Origin: Candidatus Caccovivens sp.
GTDB lineage: Bacteria; Bacillota; Clostridia; Christensenellales; UBA1242
DNA: 64,000 nt
Reading direction: 5' to 3'
NCBI GenBank assembly: GCA_051888935.1
Contig: JBJFCL010000006.1
Location: 10,558-74,557, forward strand
The position numbers and the translations under genes are program-made. Positions 41,510 to 51,403 of this stretch are shown piece after piece; the first letter of the stretch is position 1; each line of letters starts with the position of its first letter. The notes beneath the pieces are model-generated. The model was not told the origin of the DNA. It ran no database searches and worked only from the letters and a program-made list of their open reading frames with translations.

Positions 41510-42712
41510 ATGATTATTACATTAGTTACTGATCAATTCTATCAAAATAATCACGGAACAAGTGTATCCGCACAAAGATTTTATAGCGGTCTTGTCAACA
41601 AAGGTCACACAGTAAGAGTGATTGCGATAGATGATGAACACAACACCGCTTATGCTCTCAAAGAGAGAAATTTTGGCAAACCAATAAACAAAATCATTAA
41701 TTCACAAGGTTTCCAGTTTGCAAAACCAAATAAAGAAATTATCAGAGAATGCATAAAGGATTCTGATATAGTTCATGTTTATATGCCATTCAAATTGGGA
41801 TACACAACAATCCAACTTTGTCGAGAGATGAACATTCCTTGCACAGTCGGATTTCATTTGGTTCCAGAGAACATCACTTCCACATTATATTTAAACAAAT
41901 CCAAACTTGTAAATGGTTCGTTGTGGAGAAAGTTTTACAACGAAACATATCGATACATAAAACATATTCATTGTCCATCATTGATGGTTGCAAACCAAGT
42001 TGCACAGCACAAGTTCCATGCTGATTTGCATGTCATTTCAAATGGTTATAATGACATTTTCAAAGTTAAAGAAACTCAAAAACCAGAGATTTTTAAAGAC
42101 AAAATTGTCATTTCCTTCGTTGGCAGATTTTCTCGTGAAAAACGCCACGACCTCATCATAAAAGCAGTAAATTCCAGCAAATATCGTGATAAAATTCAGT
42201 TGATTTTTGGTGGAAAAGGTCCAACAAAAGGTCACATAATGAAAATGGCAAAAAAATTGCCAAATTATCCTGTTTTTGCTTTCTTTTCAAGAGAACAACT
42301 TATTGCTCTACACAATTTTGCAGACCTTTATATTCACCCTGCTGATATTGAAGTTGAAGGAATGACTTGCATTGAAGCAATTGCATGTGGTTGTGTTCCT
42401 ATCGTGTCAGACAGTCCAAAAAGTGCAACACCACAGTTTGCTGTTCATGAAAACAGCGTCTTCAAACATGGTGACTACAAAGATTTGCGAGATAAGATTG
42501 ATTGGTGGATAGAACATCCTGATGAATTAAAGGCAGAAAGAGTAACAATAGCAAAACACGCTGAAAAGTTCAAAGTAGAAAGAAGTATGGATTACTACTT
42601 GCAAATGTTTGAAGATGCCATCAAAGATTGGGACAAGACTTATGACAGTAAAAAGAAAAAGAAGGCAATTCCAACAAAAATAATCAATCCATATGCAAAA
42701 TCAAACAATTAA
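41510..42712 (+). CDS. Glycosyltransferase family 4 (GT-B, glycolipid synthase-like)
   Basis: 400 aa with an EX7E motif (EGMTCIEA), a GRFSREK block and a basic C-terminal tail. Confidence 0.8.
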   Translation: MIITLVTDQFYQNNHGTSVSAQRFYSGLVNKGHTVRVIAIDDEHNTAYALKERNFGKPINKIINSQGFQFAKPNKEIIRECIKDSDIVHVYMPFKLGYTTIQLCREMNIPCTVGFHLVPENITSTLYLNKSKLVNGSLWRKFYNETYRYIKHIHCPSLMVANQVAQHKFHADLHVISNGYNDIFKVKETQKPEIFKDKIVISFVGRFSREKRHDLIIKAVNSSKYRDKIQLIFGGKGPTKGHIMKMAKKLPNYPVFAFFSREQLIALHNFADLYIHPADIEVEGMTCIEAIACGCVPIVSDSPKSATPQFAVHENSVFKHGDYKDLRDKIDWWIEHPDELKAERVTIAKHAEKFKVERSMDYYLQMFEDAIKDWDKTYDSKKKKKAIPTKIINPYAKSNN

Positions 42713-42716
42713 ACAG

Positions 42717-42750
42717 AAAAGTTGCATTAGTTAATGCAACTTTTTGTTTT
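42717..42750. terminator. Bidirectional hairpin terminator
   Basis: AAAAGTTGCATTA / TAATGCAACTTTT between convergent genes. Confidence 0.6.
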
Positions 42751-42761
42751 TTCTATTTATT

Positions 42762-44210
42762 TTATCCAATCACCACCGCTCCATCAATCCAAGAGGAAAA
42801 ATAACTTTCAAGATTAACACCAGATGTTTGACTGAAACTTTTTATCATTTTTTCCGGAGAAGAATTTTTAAATTTATAGTCTTTGTAATATTCTTTTAAA
42901 CATTTTGAAAATTTGCGTTTCCCCAAAGTGTCACGAAGAGATGCGAACATAAGCATTCCTTTTGTATATGTGCAGTTCACATATTCAGGTTCAGTTTCAA
43001 ATTCTAAAAGAGTTCTATTCATAGATTGGTCACAAGTTCCTGTTATTTTTGTATAAATGTCCACAAAATTTTTGTATGTGTCACGCGCGTTTGCCATAAT
43101 GGTGTCATAATTAAAATTATATTCTCCATGTTCTTCAAAAAACATTGCCGTTGAAAAGTCGGTCAAGCCTTCATCTACCCATGCACATTCAAATTCGTTG
43201 TTTCCAATCAGACCATACCACCATTGGTGAGCAATTTCGTGAACTATGCAATAATTGTAAACATTGTCATCTTGTAAATCGTCCGAAACATACACCAAAT
43301 TTGGATATTCCATTCCACCATAGCAAAAATTGCTCTTAACCACATTTAAAACTTGATAAGGATACTCACCAAACAATTCTTCAAAAGTTTCGAGTGCTTG
43401 AACAGAAATTTTTAAATATTCCTGAGCGTTTTTGTCATCATAGCCGAAATAATTCACTTGCACATCACCTGTTTGAGCGGACAACACTTCAAATTTATCC
43501 GACAACACAAAGCAAAAATCTCTCACTTTTCTTGCTTTACAAGTTGTGGTTTTTGTTTCAGAATTTAATGAAGTTTCATTAGTTCCTGTTGTTGCGATTG
43601 TGTATCTTGAAGGATAAGAAATTTTTACATCAAAATTGGAGCAATCACTATAAAATGGGTCACCATTTGAACAAAAGTCATTTTTAACAAAACCATTTTC
43701 ATAGACACAAGCAATTGGGAAAAAATTGCCAAAGTTTATTGTATTATCGCCATATCCAAGCCGATGATGAATATTTGCCAAATAGACTGTGAAATTTATG
43801 TCAACAGTCACACTTTCACTCGGAAATAAGACCTCTTTCAGTTTGACAGTCAAAATACTTCTATTTTCAGAGAAGATGTTTTCAGCATCATTTTCTCCTA
43901 TTTTTACGCTTTTTAAGTCCAAACGACCATAACTTCTCCCATTTGGATACGCTTTGTTTTCGTAACTAATTGCCACCGCCTTTTGCCCCTCATCAAATGC
44001 GTTGGCATACACATAAAAACAAATTTCATTCAAAGCGTTATCACTATTGTTGACATAACAGACTTGCTCTTCGCAAGAAAGTGACATACTCTCCTCATCA
44101 AAAGACGCGTCAATATAATATGAATTTAAAACATCTTCATCTTCCCCACAAGCAAAAAGCACAAATGGGAGGCAAAAAATTAAACAAAACAATAGACTTA
44201 ACTTTTTCAT
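42762..44210 (-). CDS. M1-family zinc metallopeptidase lipoprotein
   Basis: Carries HEIAHQWW-x-E (HEXXH-X18-E). The start is refined to ATG 44210, giving MKKLSLLFCLIFCLPFVLFAC with a lipobox. Confidence 0.8.
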   Translation of the reverse strand: MKKLSLLFCLIFCLPFVLFACGEDEDVLNSYYIDASFDEESMSLSCEEQVCYVNNSDNALNEICFYVYANAFDEGQKAVAISYENKAYPNGRSYGRLDLKSVKIGENDAENIFSENRSILTVKLKEVLFPSESVTVDINFTVYLANIHHRLGYGDNTINFGNFFPIACVYENGFVKNDFCSNGDPFYSDCSNFDVKISYPSRYTIATTGTNETSLNSETKTTTCKARKVRDFCFVLSDKFEVLSAQTGDVQVNYFGYDDKNAQEYLKISVQALETFEELFGEYPYQVLNVVKSNFCYGGMEYPNLVYVSDDLQDDNVYNYCIVHEIAHQWWYGLIGNNEFECAWVDEGLTDFSTAMFFEEHGEYNFNYDTIMANARDTYKNFVDIYTKITGTCDQSMNRTLLEFETEPEYVNCTYTKGMLMFASLRDTLGKRKFSKCLKEYYKDYKFKNSSPEKMIKSFSQTSGVNLESYFSSWIDGAVVIG

Positions 44211-44316
44211 GGAGTATATTATGTTGTACAAGCACAAAACATTCGCCAAAAAGTTGTCAAAAAACTGATTTTGTGATATTATACATTTGATTTTATGTCT
44301 GCTCGTTGGAGGGAAT

Positions 44317-45765
44317 ATGGCTTTTTGCAAGTTTTCAGTCGATATGTTAGCAAACAATTCAACCTCTGTTGATAACATTTTTATCAACAATTATTTACCA
44401 TATGCAGATGGACAATTTGTCAAAGTCTATCTATATGGACTCTATAAGTGCCAAGACAGCAGTGCACTTGACAACACCCTTGAACGATTTGCCAATGAAT
44501 TGCATCTTTCCACAGAAGAAATTGAAAAAGCGTTCGCCTATTGGCAAGAACAAGGATTGGTTCAAATTTTGAATGTGATGCCATTTGAAGTGAGATATCT
44601 TCCAATTTCTGATGTCATTAACAACACCAAAAAATATAACGAAAAAAAATATGCCAATTTCAATGCACAAGCCCAAGAAATTTTGCGTGGGAGAATGATT
44701 ACGCCAAACGAATATCGCGAATACTATGATATCATTGAACGCTTACATATGGAAAAGAGTGCTCTGCTTTTGGTTATAAATTATTGTGTGAACATCAAAG
44801 GTGATAATGTTGGTTATAATTACATAACCACTGTTGCAAAAAATTGGATTAGTCAAGGCATAACAACGGAAAATCAAGTCAAAGATAAAATGCTGGAAAT
44901 GGATAGTTTGAGAAGTGGAATGGAAGGCATTATGAAAGCATTGGGATTAAAGCGTGCTTTCGCTTTGGACGAATATGAACTCTACAAAAAATGGGTCGTT
45001 TCATATGGTTTTGACGACCAAGTTATTATTTTTGTGGCAAAAAAACTCAAATCCAAGCCATCAAATTTTGTCTTTGAGGCAATGGACAAACAACTTGAAA
45101 GATATTATTCACAAAAACTCTACACTATTGAAGAAATAATGAATTTTGAAGAAGAAAAAACTGCTTCAAATCAAATTGCTCGCGATATATGCAAAAATTT
45201 GGGTCTTTATTATGAAAACATTGAACCAGTTGTGGATAATTACATCTATCCATGGCTAAATATGGGTTTTTCTGAAAAAATGCTAACACAAATTTCAAAT
45301 TATTGTTTCAAAAGCAACATTCGCACTCTTGAAGGCATGAACAAGGTCCTTGTTAAGTTCCAAAAACTGGGAATTTTGACTGAAAAAGGTCTTGAAGAAT
45401 ATTTTGAAGATGTCCTTGCTTGCGACAAGAAAATCAAGGATATCTTGGAAAATATTGGACTTTCACGCAATGTCAACCAATTCGACCGCGATAAATACAA
45501 AGTTTGGACAGAATCTTGGCAAATGCCAGAAGATGTAGTCGCCTACGCCTGCACGCTTGCACTTGGAAAAGAACAGCCTATGCAATATTTATCTTCCATC
45601 ATCTCAACTTTCCACGACAAAAACATCAAAACTGTGGATGATGCAAAAAGTTCCTTTAACATTGTTGCACCAACCACACAAAAGTCAAATTTTTCAACTG
45701 GAAGAAGTTACACAAAAGAAGAAATGAACTCTCTGTTCCAGTCTATTGACGAAATTGAGATTTAG
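44317..45765 (+). CDS. DnaD-domain replication initiation/membrane attachment protein (B. subtilis DnaB-like)
   Basis: Has DnaD-like repeats (YELYKKWVVSYGFDDQVIIF) and sits upstream of dnaI. The start is ATG 44317 after GGAGGG. Confidence 0.7.
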   Translation: MAFCKFSVDMLANNSTSVDNIFINNYLPYADGQFVKVYLYGLYKCQDSSALDNTLERFANELHLSTEEIEKAFAYWQEQGLVQILNVMPFEVRYLPISDVINNTKKYNEKKYANFNAQAQEILRGRMITPNEYREYYDIIERLHMEKSALLLVINYCVNIKGDNVGYNYITTVAKNWISQGITTENQVKDKMLEMDSLRSGMEGIMKALGLKRAFALDEYELYKKWVVSYGFDDQVIIFVAKKLKSKPSNFVFEAMDKQLERYYSQKLYTIEEIMNFEEEKTASNQIARDICKNLGLYYENIEPVVDNYIYPWLNMGFSEKMLTQISNYCFKSNIRTLEGMNKVLVKFQKLGILTEKGLEEYFEDVLACDKKIKDILENIGLSRNVNQFDRDKYKVWTESWQMPEDVVAYACTLALGKEQPMQYLSSIISTFHDKNIKTVDDAKSSFNIVAPTTQKSNFSTGRSYTKEEMNSLFQSIDEIEI

Positions 45766-45773
45766 GAGGAAAA

Positions 45774-46649
45774 ATGAAACAAGAAATCATACAAAAAGCC
45801 CTAAATGTCATTCGTCAAAACAAACGAAATGCAATCAATAAATATGAAAGTGAAATTTCTCATTTAAAGAACACTCATGAATATGAAGAGTTGCAAAAAC
45901 AATACACCAAAACCGTTATTGAAAATGGACGCATGGCAAGCGAGGGCAAAAAAGCCAATTTGAAACTTGAAACTTCACTCAAAGAGAAATTGGACCTCAT
46001 GCAAAATCATGCCAAACCAAAGTATTCTTGCTCAATTTGCAAAGATGAAGGATATGTAAATGGGCAAATGTGCAAATGTTTAAAACAAGAAATATCCAAA
46101 GTCTTGCTTCATGAAAGTGGATTTGAGAAATTGCAAAACTTTGAAGATGGCATAAAAGGAAGTGGGAATCTCAAAGACACTTATTTGCTTATGCAAAAAT
46201 GGTGTCAAAGTGACTTCAAAAAAACACTAGTTTATCTCGCTGGTCCAACTGGTGTCGGAAAAACATATTTGACAGAATGTATGGCAAATGAACTTGTCAA
46301 TCGCGGAAAAGTTGTTAAAATTGTAACAGCATTCAAGTTGAATCAAGATTTCAAAGAATTTAGCAAAACACAAAACGACGATTTTTTAAATCGATATTTT
46401 GATTGCGAGGTATTGTTTATTGATGACCTTGGCACTGAACCAATTTACAAAAATGTTACTTTGGAATATTTGTATTTGATAATAAATGAAAGAAAAATGC
46501 GTTGTCTTCCAACAATTATCACAAGCAATCTTGACCTAAGAGATGTAAGAAACCGATATGATGAACGCATATATTCCCGAATTGTTGACCGCAACACTTC
46601 CATAACATTATTTTTGGACGGAGAAGATAAGAGGACAAAAAAAATATAA
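45774..46649 (+). CDS. dnaI: Primosomal helicase loader DnaI
   Basis: Has a Zn-binding CSICKDEGYVNGQMCKC, the AAA+ Walker A LAGPTGVGKTYL and Walker B LFIDDLG. Confidence 0.8.
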   Translation: MKQEIIQKALNVIRQNKRNAINKYESEISHLKNTHEYEELQKQYTKTVIENGRMASEGKKANLKLETSLKEKLDLMQNHAKPKYSCSICKDEGYVNGQMCKCLKQEISKVLLHESGFEKLQNFEDGIKGSGNLKDTYLLMQKWCQSDFKKTLVYLAGPTGVGKTYLTECMANELVNRGKVVKIVTAFKLNQDFKEFSKTQNDDFLNRYFDCEVLFIDDLGTEPIYKNVTLEYLYLIINERKMRCLPTIITSNLDLRDVRNRYDERIYSRIVDRNTSITLFLDGEDKRTKKI

Positions 46650-46876
46650 AAAAATAAAATACAATAAAAATGCAAAAAAATAATTTTTATTGTATTTTTT
46701 TAATATTTTATAAAAGTGTATTTTAATTATAAGAAAAAAAATCGTCAAAAATAGCGATTTTTCTTTATTTTACGACTATATAATTATTTCTAATTATTAT
46801 TTTTTTATTATTATTAATGATTTTTTGTTGATATTTTTTTGTTTTTTACATTCTATTTTTAATAAATTTTTATATT

Positions 46877-47488
46877 TTATCTACTTAAAAATTTTATCCA
46901 TAATTTTGCAACTTTATCTTGCAAAGATTTTTCAACATCTGCTCCATGACCGCAATGCATAATTTTATAGTCCAAAGTTGACAAAAACTCCAAACTGGTT
47001 TTCATTATGTTTTTATCTCCGCCGTAGAGGTCAATTCTTCCCATGTCGCGACCTAACAGCACATCACCAACAAAAATATCCTCTCCAATTTGATAACACA
47101 TATCACTTTTGCTATGCCCACCAAGAGTATTATATTTAATTTCAATATCTCCTAGTTTCAATCTTCCGTTTCCTTCCAAAAACACAAAATTTTCAAAACT
47201 ATCAACTACAAATTTTCCTTCACTATAATTGTAAGTTGAATTTTGCAAATATTCTTTGATAAATTTGCTGGCATACACAAGGCAGTCAAACTCTTTCAAA
47301 TAATCCAAAACATAATAACAATGGTCATAATGACCATGAGTGAGAAACACGCCCAAAACCTTTCTATTGCCGATAACTTGCTTAACTTTCTCTAACCTTG
47401 CACCTGCGTCAATGACAACACAATTTTTTTCATCGCCCACAACAAACACATTGCTTTCAATCAATTCACTGACAACTCTTTGTGTCAT
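46877..47488 (-). CDS. MBL-fold metallo-hydrolase
   Basis: Carries LTHGHYDH and a downstream H/D ligand pattern; 203 aa. Confidence 0.75.
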   Translation of the reverse strand: MTQRVVSELIESNVFVVGDEKNCVVIDAGARLEKVKQVIGNRKVLGVFLTHGHYDHCYYVLDYLKEFDCLVYASKFIKEYLQNSTYNYSEGKFVVDSFENFVFLEGNGRLKLGDIEIKYNTLGGHSKSDMCYQIGEDIFVGDVLLGRDMGRIDLYGGDKNIMKTSLEFLSTLDYKIMHCGHGADVEKSLQDKVAKLWIKFLSR

Positions 47489-47542
47489 ATCACACCTCCA
47501 AAGTTTCTTGACATATTAAAAAAACACGCGAGCGTGTTTATT

Positions 47543-47616
47543 TGGCAGGGGTGGAAGGAATCGAACCCTCCTCTGGAGTTTTGGAGACTCTCATTCTACC
47601 GATGAACTACACCCCT
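47543..47616 (-). tRNA. tRNA-Trp (anticodon CCA), CCA-encoded
   Basis: Hand-folded cloverleaf: acceptor AGGGGTG/CACCCCT, D-arm GTTC/GAAT, anticodon loop CTCCAAA, T-arm GAGGG-TTCGATT-CCTTC, discriminator G, CCA. Confidence 0.9.
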
Positions 47617-47699
47617 ACAAGACTTTCTATATTTTACAACAAAAAAAATATATTGTCAATGATTTATAGCGTTTATAACAAAAAAAAGAGCAAATGCTC

Positions 47700-47933
47700 T
47701 TAATTTTCATTCTTATTTTTTCCACAAAGTTTGATTATTCCGCGTGAAATAATTGGCGAAATAATAAGCCAAACTGCTGCAAGCATAATGAGCACATATA
47801 TGGCGATTCCCCAACCATTGCGATATCCTGCACAAATCCAAGTCACAAGGTCGAAGTTAAAAATTCCAACAAGCCCCCAGTTGAGAGCACCAACAAGTGT
47901 CAAAACATATGCAATCCAATTCGCTATAATCAT
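47700..47933 (-). CDS. DUF378-like small membrane protein
   Basis: 77 aa with VGALNWGLVGIFNFDLV. Confidence 0.6.
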   Translation of the reverse strand: MIIANWIAYVLTLVGALNWGLVGIFNFDLVTWICAGYRNGWGIAIYVLIMLAAVWLIISPIISRGIIKLCGKNKNEN

Positions 47934-47983
47934 AAAAAAATACCTCCTTAGAGATATTTTTCTACTTTAAATCAAGTTTTATT

Positions 47984-48811
47984 CTAAATATATGGATTCA
48001 CATTTCTATCTCTCCAATCCTTGTCAACTTTGACAAAAATTTTGATTGTACATTTTTTGTCAATCAATTCTTCCAAATATTTGCGTGCCTGAGAGCCAAC
48101 TTCTTTCAATGTGCTTCCTCCACGCCCAATAATGATGCCCTTGTGTTGTTCTTTTTCACAAATAATTTCAAGGTCAACATAAGCTGACAATTCGTCCTCA
48201 TCAAATCTAGTTACGACGACTGCCACCCCATGCGGAATTTCGTTGTCCAACTTTTCTAGCAATATTCCCCTTACTTTCTCAGCAAGCAAAAATTTGACAC
48301 TCTTGTCAGTATAGAGTTCTTCATCAAAAATCGACTCACCTTCCGGCAAAAGATTGACAATTTTTTTTAAAAGTTCTTCTGTTCCTTCGCCACTTTTGAC
48401 CGAAATTATGTTGGCATCAACACCTCCATCAAACTTTTGTTTCTTGTCCGCTTTCGTCTGCACCAAAATGACATTTTCACATTTTTGCCTCAAACTCTCA
48501 ATATACTCTTTCTCTTCTTCTTGCAAGCCCACTGAACCATCAAAAAGATACAGTGCAACATCAGCGGAAGCAATCGCACTGCGCACATTTTTCATCATAA
48601 ACTTGTCCAAATTGTTTTTGCTGTGATGGACACCAGGTGTATCAACAAAAATTATTTGATAATCTTTCCCAGTTTTTATGCCCAAAATGGAATTTCTTGT
48701 GGTCTGGCGTCTATGAGAGACGACTGCCACCTCTTCTCCCACAAAGAAATTGACCAAACTACTTTTGCCAGCATTTGGTTGTCCCAAAACTGCAACATAA
48801 CCGCATTTCAT
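47984..48811 (-). CDS. era: GTPase Era
   Basis: Carries G1 GQPNAGKSS, DTPG, TKAD and a KH domain. The start is ATG 48811, overlapping the ybeY stop (ATGA). Confidence 0.9.
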   Translation of the reverse strand: MKCGYVAVLGQPNAGKSSLVNFFVGEEVAVVSHRRQTTRNSILGIKTGKDYQIIFVDTPGVHHSKNNLDKFMMKNVRSAIASADVALYLFDGSVGLQEEEKEYIESLRQKCENVILVQTKADKKQKFDGGVDANIISVKSGEGTEELLKKIVNLLPEGESIFDEELYTDKSVKFLLAEKVRGILLEKLDNEIPHGVAVVVTRFDEDELSAYVDLEIICEKEQHKGIIIGRGGSTLKEVGSQARKYLEELIDKKCTIKIFVKVDKDWRDRNVNPYI

Positions 48812-49272
48812 CTGTGCACCCCACAAGTTGACAAAATTTTTTCAGCAGTTGAAGACATAATCTTTTCGTCCTCTTTCTCAATATGGTCATAACCCAAAAG
48901 ATGCAAAAGGCCATGAAGAGCCAAGAAACAAACTTCTCTCTTTTTGCTGTGTCCATATTCTTTTGCTTGTGCATAAGCCACTCTCTTGCAGATTACAATG
49001 TCGCCCACAAGCAACTTTCCTTCGTCATCAACTTCATTGTCAAACTCGGCCAATTTTTGAGATGGCGATTTTTGCAAGTTTGGAAAAGAAAGCACATCAG
49101 TAATTTTGTCAATTTGTCTAAAATTCTTGTTTAATTCTTTTATTTCTTTCTCATCGACAAAATTTACAGAGACAACAACATTTTCGAAGTTTTCATTCAA
49201 AACGCGTCCAGCAGTTTCAAAAATTTTTAAAATTTGTCTTTTGTATGGGAAAATTTTTCCGTCAATTTGCAT
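48808..49272 (-). CDS. ybeY: rRNA maturation endoribonuclease YbeY
   Basis: Carries HGLLHLLGYDH. Confidence 0.85.
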   Translation of the reverse strand: MQIDGKIFPYKRQILKIFETAGRVLNENFENVVVSVNFVDEKEIKELNKNFRQIDKITDVLSFPNLQKSPSQKLAEFDNEVDDEGKLLVGDIVICKRVAYAQAKEYGHSKKREVCFLALHGLLHLLGYDHIEKEDEKIMSSTAEKILSTCGVHR

Positions 49273-50395
49273 TATAAACTCCTATTTTTTCTTGCGTTAC
49301 AATGACATAGTTCACAATAGTTACACCTGACAAATGTCGCAAGGTATAAAATTCTTCTTTTATTGTATCACAATCTTGACATTTTTCCAACGCTTTTTCT
49401 TTTGCTTTTGCAATATATTCATCTGCGACATCTTCAAATTTGGAATTTATCGTCTTTTCTTCCAATTCATATATAAAAGTTTTTCGCATTTTGAACGGCA
49501 ACATAATATTTTTCACCAAATCCACATCTTCATATTCACATTCATACATTGCAAAGTTGTTTTCATCACTAAAAGAGTAGATTTTCAGTCCAAAAAGCGT
49601 GATTTCGTTGCTTTGGCAGACTCGCCCAGTGCGTTTAACTTCAATAAAACACTCATAGTGGTCAACACTGCCCTCATTATAGACCTCCGCTTCAATGCTT
49701 GCTTTGGCTTCCACCTTTTTGATTTGTCCCGAGGTGTCAATGGTGTAAGGTTCAACAAGCACATCACCCTCTTTGACAAAGTCTCCCACTTTGACAGTAA
49801 CAGTGCCAGAAACAAGTTCAATTTTGCTGATTTTTCCGTTTTTCTGAGCAACAATAGGGGCAAAATCCCCATTCATTTCGTCTGGCAACAATTTTTCCTT
49901 GATGTTTATGACCAAAGTTTGCCCACGAACGATGCAGGAAACAAAACTTATTTCATCAAAGTTGTCTAAAAGTGCAATTTCCACTTCTTTTGTGTTCAAT
50001 TTGTTTTTGTTATTGGAAAATCCTTCCTTGACAAACGATACAACTTGCATATTTTCCAACTTGTCCAATCCGTTAACTTCATATCGCCAAACAAATTGGC
50101 ATTGAACCAAATAGAAAACGGCAAAAGCAACAATTGCCAACAACAGTCCAACCGATGAGTAAATCTTGGATAATTTCCCCAAAATTCCAAAGTGTCGAAT
50201 TTGTGTGATTTCCACGCCTTTATTCTTCAAAAATTTTTCCACTTTTTTGTATGAAAAATAGGAGCAAGAAAACGAGGTTTCGTTCTTGCTGATTCTGTTG
50301 ATGTTTGAAAGTGGTGAAATCTTGGAAAGTTCGTTTAAAATTTTTTCTTGATTTAAAGAATGGATAAAAAACTGCGTTTGTTCTTTTATTCTCAT
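49262..50395 (-). CDS. yqfD: Sporulation protein YqfD-like
   Basis: 377 aa with one central TM segment. It follows a yqfC-like gene, the conserved Bacillota order yqfC-yqfD...ybeY-era. Confidence 0.6.
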   Translation of the reverse strand: MRIKEQTQFFIHSLNQEKILNELSKISPLSNINRISKNETSFSCSYFSYKKVEKFLKNKGVEITQIRHFGILGKLSKIYSSVGLLLAIVAFAVFYLVQCQFVWRYEVNGLDKLENMQVVSFVKEGFSNNKNKLNTKEVEIALLDNFDEISFVSCIVRGQTLVINIKEKLLPDEMNGDFAPIVAQKNGKISKIELVSGTVTVKVGDFVKEGDVLVEPYTIDTSGQIKKVEAKASIEAEVYNEGSVDHYECFIEVKRTGRVCQSNEITLFGLKIYSFSDENNFAMYECEYEDVDLVKNIMLPFKMRKTFIYELEEKTINSKFEDVADEYIAKAKEKALEKCQDCDTIKEEFYTLRHLSGVTIVNYVIVTQEKIGVYNAN

Positions 50396-50664
50396 TAAAG
50401 TTGCTCCACCTTTTTGATAGTGCCAGTGATTTTTATGGTGTTTTCATTGAGTTCTGCGAGAATCATATCTCGTCCTTCCACCATAATCACTCCGCCTTTT
50501 ACTTTAAAAGAAATGAGTTCTTTTGAAAGAGTCACAAGTCCCAAATGCCCCTCAACATACAAAAGAGCCCCCGAAATGTTGACGAGGTTAAAACTATCAA
50601 AATTGTTTTTTAAATTCCCCTTTATTTCATTGAAAAAATTAAACATCACACCACCTGCTATCAT
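50395..50664 (-). CDS. yqfC: Sporulation protein YqfC/YabP family
   Basis: The ~85-aa sequence LVNISGALLYVEGHLGLVTLS..IMVEGRDMILAELN..IKITGTIKKVE is the YabP-type pattern. Confidence 0.65.
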   Translation of the reverse strand: MIAGGVMFNFFNEIKGNLKNNFDSFNLVNISGALLYVEGHLGLVTLSKELISFKVKGGVIMVEGRDMILAELNENTIKITGTIKKVEQL

Positions 50665-50718
50665 TATATGAATGTTGTTTTTTCAAAAGAATAAAAAATA
50701 AAAAAGATTAAGCAAACC

Positions 50719-51273
50719 TTAATCTTCATCTTCTTCGTCATCTTCATTTAGCGTGTCATCAAGAATAAGTTTCCTCACACGCTTTGGCAGGTCTTTGGTA
50801 ATTTCCAAAATTTCTTCTTTGCTTTTGCCTTTAATGGAATCAAAATCAAAATTCATAATCGCTTCAAGTTCATTTTCGTCGTCATCATCGTCGTCTATTT
50901 GCAAATCATCAACACTTTCCATGCTATCTCGCAAGAATTTCTCATATGTTTCAAACTTTTCGTTCATAATTTTCTTTTGTGCATCAAAATCAGTGTTGTT
51001 TGAATCAAAATGATTTACAACTTGTTTCTTCTCAACTTCATTTTTGTCAGAAATGTCAACATCTTCCAAAGAGAACTCTTCCAAAGGTTCTTCCAATTGT
51101 TTTGGTTCTTCTTGTGGAAGTTCCAATTTTGGCAAAAGTGCAATTTCTTCTTTTTCGCGCTGTGCTTTGAAATCTTCTTTGCGCTTTTTGTCAGATTTAG
51201 CGTGCAAGACAAAACAAGTCACAATGAGCGATGCCACCAAAACAATCGCACAAATATAAATTGCCAGATACAT
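50719..51273 (-). CDS. Membrane-anchored acidic protein of unknown function
   Basis: An N-terminal TM helix followed by E/D/K-rich low-complexity sequence. Confidence 0.5.
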   Translation of the reverse strand: MYLAIYICAIVLVASLIVTCFVLHAKSDKKRKEDFKAQREKEEIALLPKLELPQEEPKQLEEPLEEFSLEDVDISDKNEVEKKQVVNHFDSNNTDFDAQKKIMNEKFETYEKFLRDSMESVDDLQIDDDDDDENELEAIMNFDFDSIKGKSKEEILEITKDLPKRVRKLILDDTLNEDDEEDED

Positions 51274-51403
51274 TTTCCCTCCATATAATTCAAATTAAAC
51301 AATTTGCAAAAATTTTGCAATATTTAAAGGTCTTCGTATATATTGTATCACAAAAACACAAATTTGTCTATTTAAATCAAAAAGAGGCAGTTTGCCTCTT
51401 TTA

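Noticed and set aside
46650-46876. The extremely AT-rich intergenic tract after dnaI was considered as a replication origin or DNA-unwinding element.
   Set aside because: There is no dnaA/dnaN context and no cluster of DnaA-box-like sequences. I noticed only one near-match, TTATCCATA at 46894-46902. It contains an ordinary terminator hairpin and looks like a convergent-gene spacer.
49334-49969. A 211-aa plus-strand ORF lies antisense to yqfD. Similar antisense ORFs occur in prophage genes (e.g. 14092-14586, 15159-15527, 24847-25242 and 40745-41146).
   Set aside because: They have Phe/Ile/Leu/Ser-rich shadow translations of AT-rich coding DNA. They lack an RBS and any operon context.
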